A stretch of DNA of 64,000 nt from Sphaerodactylus townsendi. Lineage: Eukaryota. The stretch spans positions 91,264,001-91,328,000 of the forward strand of contig NC_059428.1 in NCBI RefSeq assembly GCF_021028975.2. The letters are read 5' to 3'. The first letter of the stretch is position 1; every line of letters starts with the position of its first letter. Below the pieces are notes generated by a model. The model searched no databases, was not told where the DNA came from, and saw only the letters and a program-made list of their open reading frames with translations. The position numbers were made by a program, and so were the translations under genes. Below are positions 1-11,329 of the stretch, piece by piece.

Positions 1-41
1 CTCATGTTGTAATTCAAATTTCAGGCAGCAGTCCTCACATT

Positions 42-531
42 GGCCCTTTCCGCACGGGCGGTTTATGGCACCCTGGGGACGACAAAAACGCCGTCCCCAG
101 GGAGCCATTCGCACAGGGGGCGCAGCTGCTGCACAGCCGCGCCACCCTCGCACCGCCCGACCGGCGCGAAGCCGCCGTTTCCAAACCTCGCTCTGCAAGT
201 GAGGTTTACAGGAAACGGCGGCTTCCAGGTGCCTTCCCTCCCCGACCGGGCGACTCACCAGTCCTGCGGCCTTCCGGCGCGTCACTGAGGCCTGGGGACA
301 CGCCCCCTTTGCCCTGTGCCCCTGGAGTGGGCGCGCGGGGCAGGGGGCATGTCCCCTGGTCTCGGCAACATGCCGGAGGGCCGCAGGACCAGTAAGTGGC
401 TCTGACGACGGCGCAGCTCTGCGCCGTCGTCTCGGCCGATTCTGGGACCGTCCATGCGAATGGTCCCAGAGGGGTCGGGTCAATGTGGATTACGCCGACC
501 CAATCCCTTCCGCCTCCGTGCGGAAACGGCC
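42..531. mobile_element. PIF/Harbinger-type non-autonomous DNA transposon (MITE), GC/CpG-rich
   Basis: TIRs GGCCCTTTCCGCACGG...CCGTGCGGAAACGGCC; 3-bp TSD ATT (39-41, 532-534); internal palindrome ~255-400; related to the element at 13391-13924. Confidence 0.85.
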
Positions 532-571
532 ATTCTCACTGTACCTTAGTAAATTAAATTAGGCTTAATTA

Positions 572-942
572 TGGATTGCCAACTCCAGGCTGATGCATTC
601 CTGTAGATTTCAGGGTAGAGCTTGAGAAAGGCAGTGTTTGGGGAGGGGAAGAACGTCAATGGGATATAAGGCTATAGAGTCCATCTTCCAAGGAAGCCAT
701 TTGCTCTAGGGCAGTGGTGGCGAACCTTTGGCACTCCAGATGTTATGGACTACAATTCCCATCAGCCCCTGCCAGCATGGCCAACTGGCCATGCTGGAAG
801 GGGCTGATGGGGATTGTAGTCCATAACATCTGGAGTGCCAAAGGTTTGCCACCACGGCTCTAGGGTAACTGATCTCTGTCATCTGGCAGAAACTGAGAAT
901 TGAGAGCTGACAATACTGTAGCTGTTTGCCAAGCAATCCCCA
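572..942. mobile_element. Degenerate hAT (Blackjack-like, TAGGGTTGCCA TIR family) MITE, interrupted by a younger MITE
   Basis: Internal motifs (ctatagagtccatcttccaagg...gggtaactgatctctgtcatctgg) shared with copies at 33878, 34114, 44280, 45255 and 48940. Confidence 0.6.
712..857. mobile_element. Palindromic hAT-Charlie-type MITE
   Basis: Nearly perfect 146-bp palindrome CAGTGGTGGCGAACC...GGTTTGCCACCACGG; 8-bp TSD CTCTAGGG on both sides. Confidence 0.9.
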
Positions 943-1415
943 CAATGGCCACTGCAGAAGACACTTGTTTTTTTACAGATATATATGTATTGCTTCTTTT
1001 TATTTGGGAAGGTTATCCTCCTTTTTTCAATTTCAGAAAAAACTGGGGCTTTTTTTAGGTTTTTGGAAACATGTGTCTTGTCTGTTCATGTCTGTGGATT
1101 TAATTATCCCCAGATTTGGCCATTCTGAGAACTAGGTATATATTGATTATGACATGTTTTTGTAGTCAAGAACTGTTGCATTTGCTGATGAATGATAAGA
1201 AGCAGAAGTCCTTTGAAATGCACTCAAAGCAACATTTTCCCCTTCATATTCTCTTCCTTTTCTGTTTTCTTGCTGTTCCTGAAGAGCTAATTTCAGATAC
1301 TTCCCCGGTTCATGTATATGTACCTAGGTAGCAAAGTCATAATTTATCACCCCTTTAAAACAGCCTCTTGGTTCCTTCAAAGGTTCTCCCTAACAGAAAG
1401 GTTTTGCTTCTTTAG

Positions 1416-1480
1416 GACATCATGAAAATGGTTCCATGGCATCAATGTGGTATACAAAAATACTCTCCAGCTCTCAACAG
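1416..1480 (+). other. Candidate 65-bp exon of an unidentified host gene
   Basis: ctaac branch-like motif, ttttgcttctttAG acceptor and CAG|GTAAGG donor; two open frames (DIMKMVPWHQCGIQKYSPALN or HHENGSMASMWYTKILSSSQQ); lies in non-repeat sequence; no homology recognised. Confidence 0.35.
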
Positions 1481-1819
1481 GTAAGGTGACTTTTTCTTTT
1501 AAGGCAAGTAGAAACATATAATTGTCTTTGTAGTCTGTGTGCATAACTAAGACCCTAGAAGCCCTGGCAAACAGCAATTCCCAGGAAATTTTGCTCTGCA
1601 ATATTCTTGCTAGAAGGCATAGTGGCCTAATAAAGGCCCAAGGAATGGCTCTTCCTTTCCCATTCCATTCCTTTCCCTCTTCCCATTACTTCTGAAAGGT
1701 ATGTTTTGACAGCAAAGGTGGCAGAGTTGCTCAGAATGAAGTCAAGGTTATTCATGAGCAGGATCAAAATTCAAAGAGAATGTAAAAAAAACTGTGTGGG
1801 CATGGTCTAGCAGTTTTAG

Positions 1820-1862
1820 CTCCTAACATTTCTTCCACCTTTGTGGCTGGCATCTTCAGAGG
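1820..1862 (-). mobile_element. Small degenerate Penelope pLTR fragment
   Basis: ctcctaacattt...tgtggctggcatcttcagagg matches the pLTR copies at 27511 and 45896. Confidence 0.6.
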
Positions 1863-2980
1863 CACGGCATGGTAAGATGTATTTCTCACTGTGGTACACT
1901 GTGGAGTGATTTGTGTGGTTAGACATTTGTCTTATCCTTCTCTCAGGTGGGAGGGGGTGGGGTATATTTGCAAGTGTCTGAGTGGAGTTGCAGTTGCATT
2001 TATATGTGCCTTGGTGGGTGAGGCACATTTACAAATGTCTGGGTGGAGCTCATTTGCAGCTATCAGAGTTGTCAAGAATCTCTATGTTCAGTTTGAGCTC
2101 ATACATCATGTAGAACATGGATTAAAATGTGGCAACTGCTTCAGAAATTTCTACATTAGGGCTGTTCTATAGCTTAGACATTTTTAGTTTGTCTGAGAAA
2201 AACATAAATTCTGGAGGTAGTAAAGCTCCCAGATCAGTTCTAATATCATTATACCTCAAACAGTAAAGCAGGATATGAGGAATTGAGTCCATAGTGTTGG
2301 GACATTACTGACAACAACCCTCACTTCATGGGATGTTACAGTTTGAGGTACAATTTTGTCATTTATATATCTTGAGATGTGTCACCTTGAGACCTTGATT
2401 ATCTTCTGTTCCTTGTGTAAAAAAAGATTTGGTCTGAAAGTATAATGAGTACTAAACAATTTTTCATATGAAGTAATATATTGTACATCTCACCTTTCTT
2501 TTGCAAAAGAAAAATTCAAGGAAGCCCACATTTGGTTTTAGCTGGTGGGTAAGTCCCTCAAACTGAGTTACAGATCACCCTGTGGTTAGTCACACCAGGA
2601 TATAGGCTGGGTTCAATAAACTGATACTGTAAGAATCTGGTACTGCAAGTGTGCATGCTTTTCTAGCTGTCACAATGATACATTTTCATACAGTATTCCT
2701 GTAAATAAGTAATTATAAAAACAGTGGAAATTTCCAAGATTTTCTCTAATGGAAACTGGCCTTGTAAAATTAACCCTTGGCTTTCTACTGCTTCACAATG
2801 TGGCTTGATATATGTTTCAGGTTATCTATTTGTGCACTAATGGGAGAGAGAAAATATTAGTACTAGCTTCCTGTGCATATAGATCATAAAATTTATTGAG
2901 AATTCCAGTGGAAATATGCCAAATGAACTAAGAAAATTGCAATGGTGTCCATGACATTGTTGTGCTGAATATTAATTAAA

Positions 2981-3680
2981 GCGCGCCCCAGGCTTCAGCC
3001 GGCGGCGCCATTGCAGCGGGGGAGGAAGGAGTGAAAAGCCTCCCCTGCCGGCTGACTGGCAGATGCAGTCACATGGCCGGGTACCGGCATGTGACTGGGG
3101 CCAGGCAGCCTTTAAGAGGCTGCGTCAGCAGGGAACGTCCTCTTTCGAGGCCGGCAGCATCAAAGGCCCTCCCTTCCCTCCCAGTTTGAATGGTTATTGG
3201 GGTTTCTTTATTGTTACATTTTTGTCGCAGTTCACTGGGCGGTTTGGGCATAAGAGCACATCCTATTTGGGAAGGCAGTAGCTTGCATGCTGGACCTTCC
3301 CACGGGGGCCTCCATATGAGGTCCGCGGTGGCGATAGAGCTCGTGAAGGCAAGCCTTGGGGCCACGCTGAGAGCTTGCTGCCCGGCAGGAAGGGGTGTCA
3401 CAAAATGGGTTTGCGTCCACGTGGCACCTAGTAAATTCCTGTGCCAGTTCCCTTGGATGTGCCAGACAGGGGTTCTGTCCAAAGGGCCTAAGGGGTTAGC
3501 TTGGGCTGCCCTATAACCAGGTTCAGCGGCTTGCTGCCTGGGGGTCAGGATGTGCTCTGTTATTCTCGCCCAGCTTCAAGGTTATAGTATATGATAAATA
3601 AATTGGGCTGCGGCCGATTTCTTTTCCAACAAAGAGATTTGTCCTGGTCATTCTTGGAACGAGTCTCCACATATCCGCAT
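2981..3680 (+). mobile_element. GC-rich terminal-repeat sequence, probably from a DIRS/Ngaro-like retrotransposon
   Basis: 5' part is similar to the reverse complement of 58665-58855; TATA-like TTTAAG flanked by gcagcc/ggctgc; ends AATAAA..ggctgcggcc..ttttccaa; family assignment from recall only. Confidence 0.5.
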
Positions 3681-4922
3681 GCAAAGGGCTTTGAACTATT
3701 AATTGTATAACTAACAATGTTATGATTTTCTAATTTTTAAATGCTTTTGTGTTAAGATACCACCAGCTAAAGGTAATAATAAATAACCAAGTCCACCACA
3801 TAGTTCTGTGTAGTAGACTTTATTTCATATGACTGATTAAAAAATCAGAGAAGATCTGAAAATGTGCATAGCCGTCTGGGACCTTCTTCAAACCAAAGAC
3901 TGTATAGTTTATTAATAAATTTGAACAATGGTGGTTTTTAATGGAACAACATGTGAAATGCTGGCTTTTATGCAGTACAAGAAACACAGACCTGAAATGA
4001 CGGAGGAACTGAGCCAGTTCTCTGTACTGTATAAATTTAAACTTTGGGCTTGTGGAAAGCAGACCACTGTAATGGCTCCTGTCCAGTGCTAATCTAAGAC
4101 AGACGGGAGACAAGATTCCCCTCTTAAACAGGGTACTGTTTTTTAAAAGAGGGCCTGAGTTATAAATGAATTTGTATTCATGCCGTTTGGTTTCATGGAA
4201 AAGTCTACTTTTTCCTCTTTGTTGTATTACTAAGGTTTTAATTAAAAGCTGTCTTTATTTACAAGTCTTACACCAGTGGTTTTTATGTAGCTTCTTAATG
4301 GTCAAGAGCAAGATGCAAGAGAAATCTATTTTGTGGATGAGGAGCAAGAGCCATTTGGACAAAAAGACCAATAAGCCCAAAAAAGCAACATAAATACATT
4401 AAGTTGCCTGACCAAAAAAAACCCAGTAGTGCATCTGTTGAAACACTTACTGGAAAATCTTAAATGTGTAGGTGGGTTCAAAGATCTAGCAATATAGAGG
4501 CAATAATCAATGAACATTCAGTAATGCTTCATAAAAAATATGTCCAACAGTCAAAGATGCCTTCTTCTTTGATTGCTCAAGTATCCAGTGAGTCCATCTC
4601 AGTATTTACAGACAGTTATGGATTAGTTGTCCCTTACTGCCCTTTATCTTCCCTGTTCCTTTACATTTAGGAGAGAGTCGCAAAAATGTTTTTTTTTTTC
4701 ATTTAGCCAGTGTGGTATGTCAGAAAATGGGGAAGACTGAACCATGTATTTATTATTTGTTTGCTTGTTTCTTCTTTATTCAACTTAATATCTTGCCCTC
4801 CCCAGCCTAAACCAAGCTCAGGGCACATATTAAAATCACATTGTAAAACCAATAAATTACATTATTAAAAACATTCTCCAAAGTGGTTTCTTCAAAGTAG
4901 CCAAAATCTTGACAGAGTTTCT

Positions 4923-5378
4923 TGTAGTCGACCCACGTGGTCAGCGTAAGAACGAGACGAGACGCGGAGATAACATCTGGTGGAGATCGCCAGCAGCGGG
5001 AGCCCGGAGGTCCGTGTTCCTAGCGAGTCTCCCGCGTGCTGGTTCCTGGCACCTTTTATTGTTATTCTATCGGGGGCGTGTAGGAGGGAGGACCGGGGGG
5101 AGTTCCGGGAGAGCGGGAGGCGGGAGGTCGGGAGATCATCATGTGATGCATGATCTCACCTGGCTACGTGCGGAGAGGAGCGTAAGCGTCTGAGCCTAAT
5201 CCTCACCTGGGGGCAAGACCATTGGTCCCTTGGCGTACCGTGACTGAGCCAGACAGTTCATGACCCGTGACTCATAGGGGGATGAGGAGTGGGGGTGCGG
5301 TGCGACCAGAAGGCCGTAGGTCCGTTGGCGTCCCAACGTTCTACCACGGTGCTGCTGGGTCAGCAGTGCATTACTACA
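4923..5378 (-). mobile_element. Solo LTR (456 bp), young and CpG-rich
   Basis: Termini TGTAGT...ACTACA; perfect 6-bp TSD GTTTCT (4917-4922, 5379-5384); AATAAAA on the minus strand at 5054-5060. Confidence 0.85.
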
Positions 5379-6401
5379 GTTTCTCAAATTTATAAAATTG
5401 TGAAGGAAAACAAGGAAAACAATGTAAGATATGGTGGTTAATTTTATTATTATGTATGATCTGTGATCTGCAGAAATATTCCATCTCACATAATTGTAGC
5501 TTCAGAAGCTACTGCTGCATTAGGTATGAAGTGCTATTAAGAGTTGACCTGAGGTCTAATCCAAAAGCATCTGTCATGGTCCCCCCTTTCCTGTTCAGCC
5601 AAGCTGTTCTGTACAAGGCCAGGAGAATAATAATAGCTTTCACACATTGCTAGACTTCAGAGGTGTCTAACAGGCCCATTGCCCAGCTATAACTTCATGG
5701 AGTTTACAGGTAAATTAAGATCAGGATTTAGTATAATAAACATATAATCCTTACCAATTTGCTTCATCCACCGTAAACATTATTTCTTTGTAACAAACTA
5801 AGGGCCCCATTCAAAAGGGTGGGGGGAGACGAATCCACTGGTGAGAATGGTGCAGTGCTGGCGAATTTGCCCTCCCCAGGACACTTGTCCCAGGGGAGGG
5901 GCTGATCCACAGGCATGCAGTAGGATGCAGTGCAGGATGCTCCACCAGTATTCCTGTGCCCCTGCCACACTCATCGATATAACAGGGGCAGTCTGGGGGC
6001 ATGGCTGGGGGAGGAGCTGAAATTGGTTGGCTTCCTTCCAGACATTTGTCCCATTGCACCAATAGCTGGGGCTGCAGATGTTTGCCTCCAAAAAGGCAGG
6101 ATACGTTTATTAGTTCCAATGGAGGCTTCCTGGCAGTGGGGAGGCTTTTTGGCATTCTGACCCTCCCTGGGCCACCAGGAAGCATTTTTGGTGGTGGCGG
6201 CCAGGCACAGGGGTGGCATCATGGCCAGGTGTCTGGCTCTTGCATGGGGCTGCCTGTCATTGATCTTTCCTATTTTTTTAAAAAAAATTGTAATTGCATT
6301 ATTATAGCAATGGACAATGCAAAATATATAGTAATTGTGATTTGTTATAGAATGAAAAACAGTATTTAAATCTCCCTTGTCACTGAACAACCAGGTAGAA
6401 G

Positions 6402-7159
6402 AAGGGGCATACCACCCAGGGGGACATATGGGGGCAAATGTCCCTGTGTGGTGCCCATTTAGTCACATGGAGGCAGAAAATTACCTCCAAACTCCTCTTC
6501 CTTCTGCCCAGGTCCCACATAGCCGGCGCTCTCCAGGGACGGAAATGCCTGCCCCTCTGAGAAGAGCATGCTGGGCTGGCCACCCCAAGGATGCCGCTGG
6601 TCGGCCCAGCGTCCCCCACCCCTCCCTGAGGGCAGAAGCAGGCCACAAAAGCAGCCAGACAGGGGCCAAATGGAAGGTGCTCCCAAGAGTGCCGCTGCCG
6701 GTGGCTGCCCAGCCGGGGAGATGCCTCTTCTTCTTCTTCCTCCTCCTCCTCCTGCTGGGAAGGGACCACGGGCGCTGGGTGCTTCCCAGACAGGGCATGG
6801 CCAGTCCCATCCACTGCCTCCAGGGTCCTTGGCTGCCCCGGCCAGGTATCGGGGCAGCAGAGAGGGAGAACAGAGGTGCTCCTCTAGGATCCCACAGACC
6901 GGCCAGAGTGGGGAGAGCTGCTCTGGCCTCTGATCACCCTCCACTCCTCTTTGTGGGGGCTTCACTCGGTCATTGCTGCCTGTGGGGATGAGCTGAGCTT
7001 GCCCCCTGCTTGTCTTCCTTCCCTCCTTAATCTGACTCCAGGCTGCTGCCCACCTGCCACGGCCTGCCTGCTGCTGCTTTGAAGAGGTAGGGGCAAAATG
7101 GGGGGGGCACACAATTTCAGTACTTGCCCCGGGCACCATTATCTGCTATTACACCACTG
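6402..7159. mobile_element. Non-autonomous hAT (Tip100-like) DNA transposon
   Basis: Ends AAGGGGCATA...TTACACCACTG; degenerate 8-bp TSD GGTAGAAG/GGTGAAAG; GC-rich interior explains the overlapping ORFs. Confidence 0.65.
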
Positions 7160-8300
7160 GGTGAAAGAGAACAGGAAACAATGAAATGGTTTTAAACTGG
7201 GTTGTCGTTGACAGCAGTGTGATATCCCTTCCAGGAAAATCCTTAAAGGGATGCCATTCCTTTTTAGAAACTGTCAGAAATTCAATTCATAGTTTTTAGT
7301 GATTCCTAGAAATAACTGACACCACTGCAGGGGAAAACCCAGAAGTGATGTCAGTCCTTTCTAGTAATCACCACAGAATTTCCAGTGATTCCTAGAGAGG
7401 ACTGACAACTTTTGAGTTTTCCCCAGAAGTGGCATTATGCCATAGTCCCAAACATTTTTTAATTTTATCCCATTCTCCATTTCTGCTCTGAACAGAAACA
7501 AGGGACTAACAACTCAGGGTTAAAAACACATGAAAGAAAGGAAAAATGTAGTGAAAACAGGCATTTTGTTAACAGGGATTTATTTCCCAGTAGACCCATA
7601 GAAAAACTTTCCCTTGGGAGTCAGGTATTGCTAAATCGCTAAGGAGAACACAGTGCTATACTGAGTCTGGAACTCTCATTTCAGTTCATTTGCACAGTAA
7701 TGAGATTCTTCAGCAGGACAAAAAGGTCAGACATGAGAGTATCACAAAAGATTAAGATAACATGGAGGGCGACCATTACTAAAAATTTGGCTAGACAAAA
7801 TGACAATTTTTTGTGTTGCAAACTACTGCTTTTACTACATGGCTGAATCCAGTTCATATGCTGGAACTGGTGTCATCTTTGAACAGTTAGCAACAGACAT
7901 CCTCTTTATGTCCAAAGCCTTAGTGAAGTTTCTTGAACTAATTTATCATTTCCCCCTCTGTTACTGACATTCCTATTTTATTCCAAACAGTATTTCAAAC
8001 AAACTGTTATAAAGGAATTCCAAGTGAATTACCTAAAGGGCAGTTCTATTCCCAAATGCTTCTATGTGGATTGTGCATTAATTTGCCTTTTACACTAGTA
8101 TGCTGGTTACCTCATGTGCCTCTAAATCTCAATTACATGCAACCGAAATCTGTTCCTGGAAAGTAAGTATGCATTTATATGGAGAGACAGCTCAACTAAT
8201 AATGACTAACCAGCCTTTTGTTCCCTTTGAAAGTTTTATGTACAGGGATGGGTAACTGTCCTCTGTGAATCTGCTTACTGGTACCTTGAATGAGCTAAGA

Positions 8301-8705
8301 CAGTGGTGGCGAACCTATGGCACGGGTGGCAGAGGCGGCACTCAGAGCCCTTTCTGTGGGCATGCACGCACAGAGTTCATCATGTGGGGAAGAAATTGCC
8401 CCCCCCACACACACACACATCTAGACTTGATGTGTGTGCACCTCAGCGAGCAGAGAGGACTCGGCTGGCGGGCCTGGTGCCTGTGCTCCAGGTGGCTGCT
8501 GCCCGGGGGGAGAGGGGGGCAGAGGCGGCAGAGATGCTAGAGAGGCACAGAGTGGCGCATGTGGGACTTGCTGGAGGCTACAGCAGGCTGGCCCCTGCTC
8601 GAGGAGGTTATTCAGGTTAAATTGCCGTGTTGGCACTTTGTGATAAATAAGTGGGTTTTGGGTTGCAATTTGAGCACTTGGTCTCGAAAAGGTTCGCCAT
8701 CACTG
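8301..8705. mobile_element. hAT-Charlie-type MITE
   Basis: TIRs CAGTGGTGGCGAACCT...AGGTTCGCCATCACTG; perfect 8-bp TSD AGCTAAGA. Confidence 0.9.
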
Positions 8706-8819
8706 AGCTAAGACATAGATTCTTTGAATGTGCTTTAGGGAAACATACAGAATTTCCATCGAAAGCTGGATGGGAGCTTTCCCATCTCAATAGGCTGGGA
8801 GGCAGACAGCCAAGACATC

Positions 8820-10235
8820 AGTATCTCCACCTTGATAGAGGCGGGTCAGTGCTGTTGGTCTTATTAGGTCTGACTGTAGCATTCAACATTGTCTATCATG
8901 ACCTTTTGGTCCACTGCTTTGCTTCTTCAGGAATACGGGGGTCAGTTCTGTCTTGGCTGGCTTCCTTCCTCAGGGGCCTGGGGTCACGTGTGGCTTTGGA
9001 AGGGGGAGTCTGCAAGCATCATCAGATTGCATGTGGGGGCCATCCTCTCCATGATGCTATTTAATATCTACATGTGACCTCTTGCTCAACTGATGTGGAG
9101 TTTTGGGCTTGGGTGTCATCAATATGCAGATGACACCCAGCTCATTCTTACAATGGAGGGCAGTGGCGAAACTATAAGGGGAAAGGGGTGCGCGCCGTGC
9201 ACCAGGTATGTGCTGGTGGGGGTGGAAAATTGCCCCAACCCTTTCCCCCATGCCCCCCTCACAGCACCCCACGTCCTCAATGCCCCATACCCCCCACTTA
9301 CCTTAGTTCCTCTCTCTTCCTCCTTAGTTCCTCTTTCCTACAGCCTGGTGGGAACTACACTTCCCCGGAGACCTTGCTCCTGGGAAGTGTAGTTCTCACC
9401 AGGTTACAGGAGAGAGGAATTAACAGACATGAGAGAGGAACTAAGGTAATTGGGGGTGCAGGGTTGCGGGGCCTGCAAGGGGGCACAGGGGCAGGGCTGG
9501 GCACCATTTTCCCCCCCCCAATGGCTCTGTTGGCTGGCCTCTGCCCCTCAGGCTCTCCAGCATTGTTTAGAAACTGTGGCCGACTGGTTGAGAATGAGCA
9601 GACTGAAACTGAATCCAGCAAAGACAGAGGTTCTTTGGCTGGGTCAGGGGGAGAGAGACCTATGGATTTCCAGCTGCCAACTTTATATGGTGTTAGAACT
9701 GTCCACATCAGTAAAGAGTCTGGGCATGATCTTGGACTTAATGCTAGAGGACCAGGTTTCTAGGACATCCCAGACTGCGTCTTTTCATCTCCACCAGGTA
9801 CAGCAGCTGGCTCCAAACCTGACCTTGCCACTGCAATCCACGCAACGATCACTTGGAGAATAGACTACTATAACTCACTCTATGTTGGCCTAGCTTTGTC
9901 TTTGATCTGGAAATTGAAATTTGCTTAGAATGCAGGCGCTAGGCTGCTTACTGGGGGCAGCCAATTGCGATTATATAACACTGATCCTGAAAGATCTGCA
10001 CTGGCTGCCAGTTGAGTTCCGGATCATTTTCAGAGTATTGGTATTGACTTTTAAGACCTTGAGCAGTGTTGGACCAACATATCTTTAAGACAGCATCTCC
10101 CCATATTGTCCTCCAAGGCCCCTCTGCTCATTGGAGGACAACCCTAATCCTATTGTATTGTTTATTGAAATCTCCATCATATTGATTATATTGACTCTGT
10201 GTAATCTGTCTTGGACGCATGATATAATTAAATAA
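8820..10235 (+). mobile_element. 5'-truncated L2 LINE (RT pseudogene through 3' tail), interrupted by a hAT element
   Basis: Fragmented RT peptides LDRGGSVLLVLLGLTVAF, LSMMLFNIYM, GCHQYADDTQL, DWLRMSRLKLNPAKTEVLWLG; (AATA)-like tail ~10225. Confidence 0.85.
9161..9529. mobile_element. hAT-like MITE with internal palindrome inserted in L2 RT
   Basis: Starts CAGTGGCGAAACT; interrupts the RT frame right after YADDTQLILTMEG; inverted repeat ~9295-9455; right end and TSD degenerate. Confidence 0.65.
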
Positions 10236-11329
10236 ATAATTCCATTGGCATAACTCCATTAAGCCCTATAGAAGACTTCCTGGTGGCAGGTTGGAGGTTT
10301 TTTTGTTTTGCTTTTTTCTGTCTTACTGAGCCTATGGAAATCCCTCTGGAGGTGATGTTAATCAGCTTCCACCCTGGGTTTGCAGCGAGCTGGGCTGTGG
10401 CCTGGGTCCTGGACTCACACCACCATTTTTGGTGGCGAAAGTTCATTAACCCTTATGGATTACTTTCTGTTTTTTTTGGGGGGGGGGTTGCCTTTATCTC
10501 TCTTCTTGCATCACTGGAAAGCCCTCTTGAGGTTACTTTTCTGGGAGTAAAGTCCCATTGAGTAGGGATAAAAGGAGTTAATTGTGATATCCTTGGCAAA
10601 AGGCTAAGACACACATTTTAATGAATACATTCAAAATATAATTTCTAGCCTCCATAATTGCAACATGTGAGCTTTTGATTCGAAGAGTGAATTGAAAAGC
10701 TTGTCTCAAGTGTTTGCAAATTATTTGTGAAAATTAATTATATACTTCTGAAGTTGAGAGAAGACATTTTTCTTAAATATGAACAAAGCCGCCAACTATG
10801 TTTTTTCTATGCTTCACGATCAAAGATGAAATGATGGGGGAGAACAAACAGATTTAGGCTGTAATCCTAAACATCCTTAATACTAAGTCTCATTGAACTC
10901 AGTGGAATTTATTTCTGAGTTCTCATGCTGAAGATTTCACTGTTAGTTATTAATTATAATTTTAATTATATTGATGTCAAAAGAAAAAAAATATTTCACA
11001 CTGATGTTACTACACATTTATATTTGAGTATATTCCCACCAACATCAAATGGTGCTGTTTGTGGTTTGATATTAATACAATATACTAGGCATGATTTATT
11101 TTGATTCTGAAAATTGGAACAAGTCCATGGAGGGAATATGTACCCCATTAAAGTTTTAAAGAATCTCCACTATAAACAATTTTCTCACTGTGATTTGGGT
11201 GTTCTGGCCGGCAATGAGGCTTGCATACAGTGTAGGGTGGGAAATTGATTCCTATGAAATGTTCATAAAATTGGTTAATAAAAGTATGTTACTGAGTTTC
11301 TCCTTACTTTCTGTGAAATTTATATTCAG

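Noticed and set aside
712-857. Perfect hairpin as a pre-miRNA
   Set aside because: Fully explained as a hAT MITE with an 8-bp TSD; no expression evidence.
6377-7139. Longest ORFs in the track (204 aa +, 226 aa -)
   Set aside because: They lie in a GC-rich hAT element, are open on both strands, are low-complexity and show no recognisable domain.
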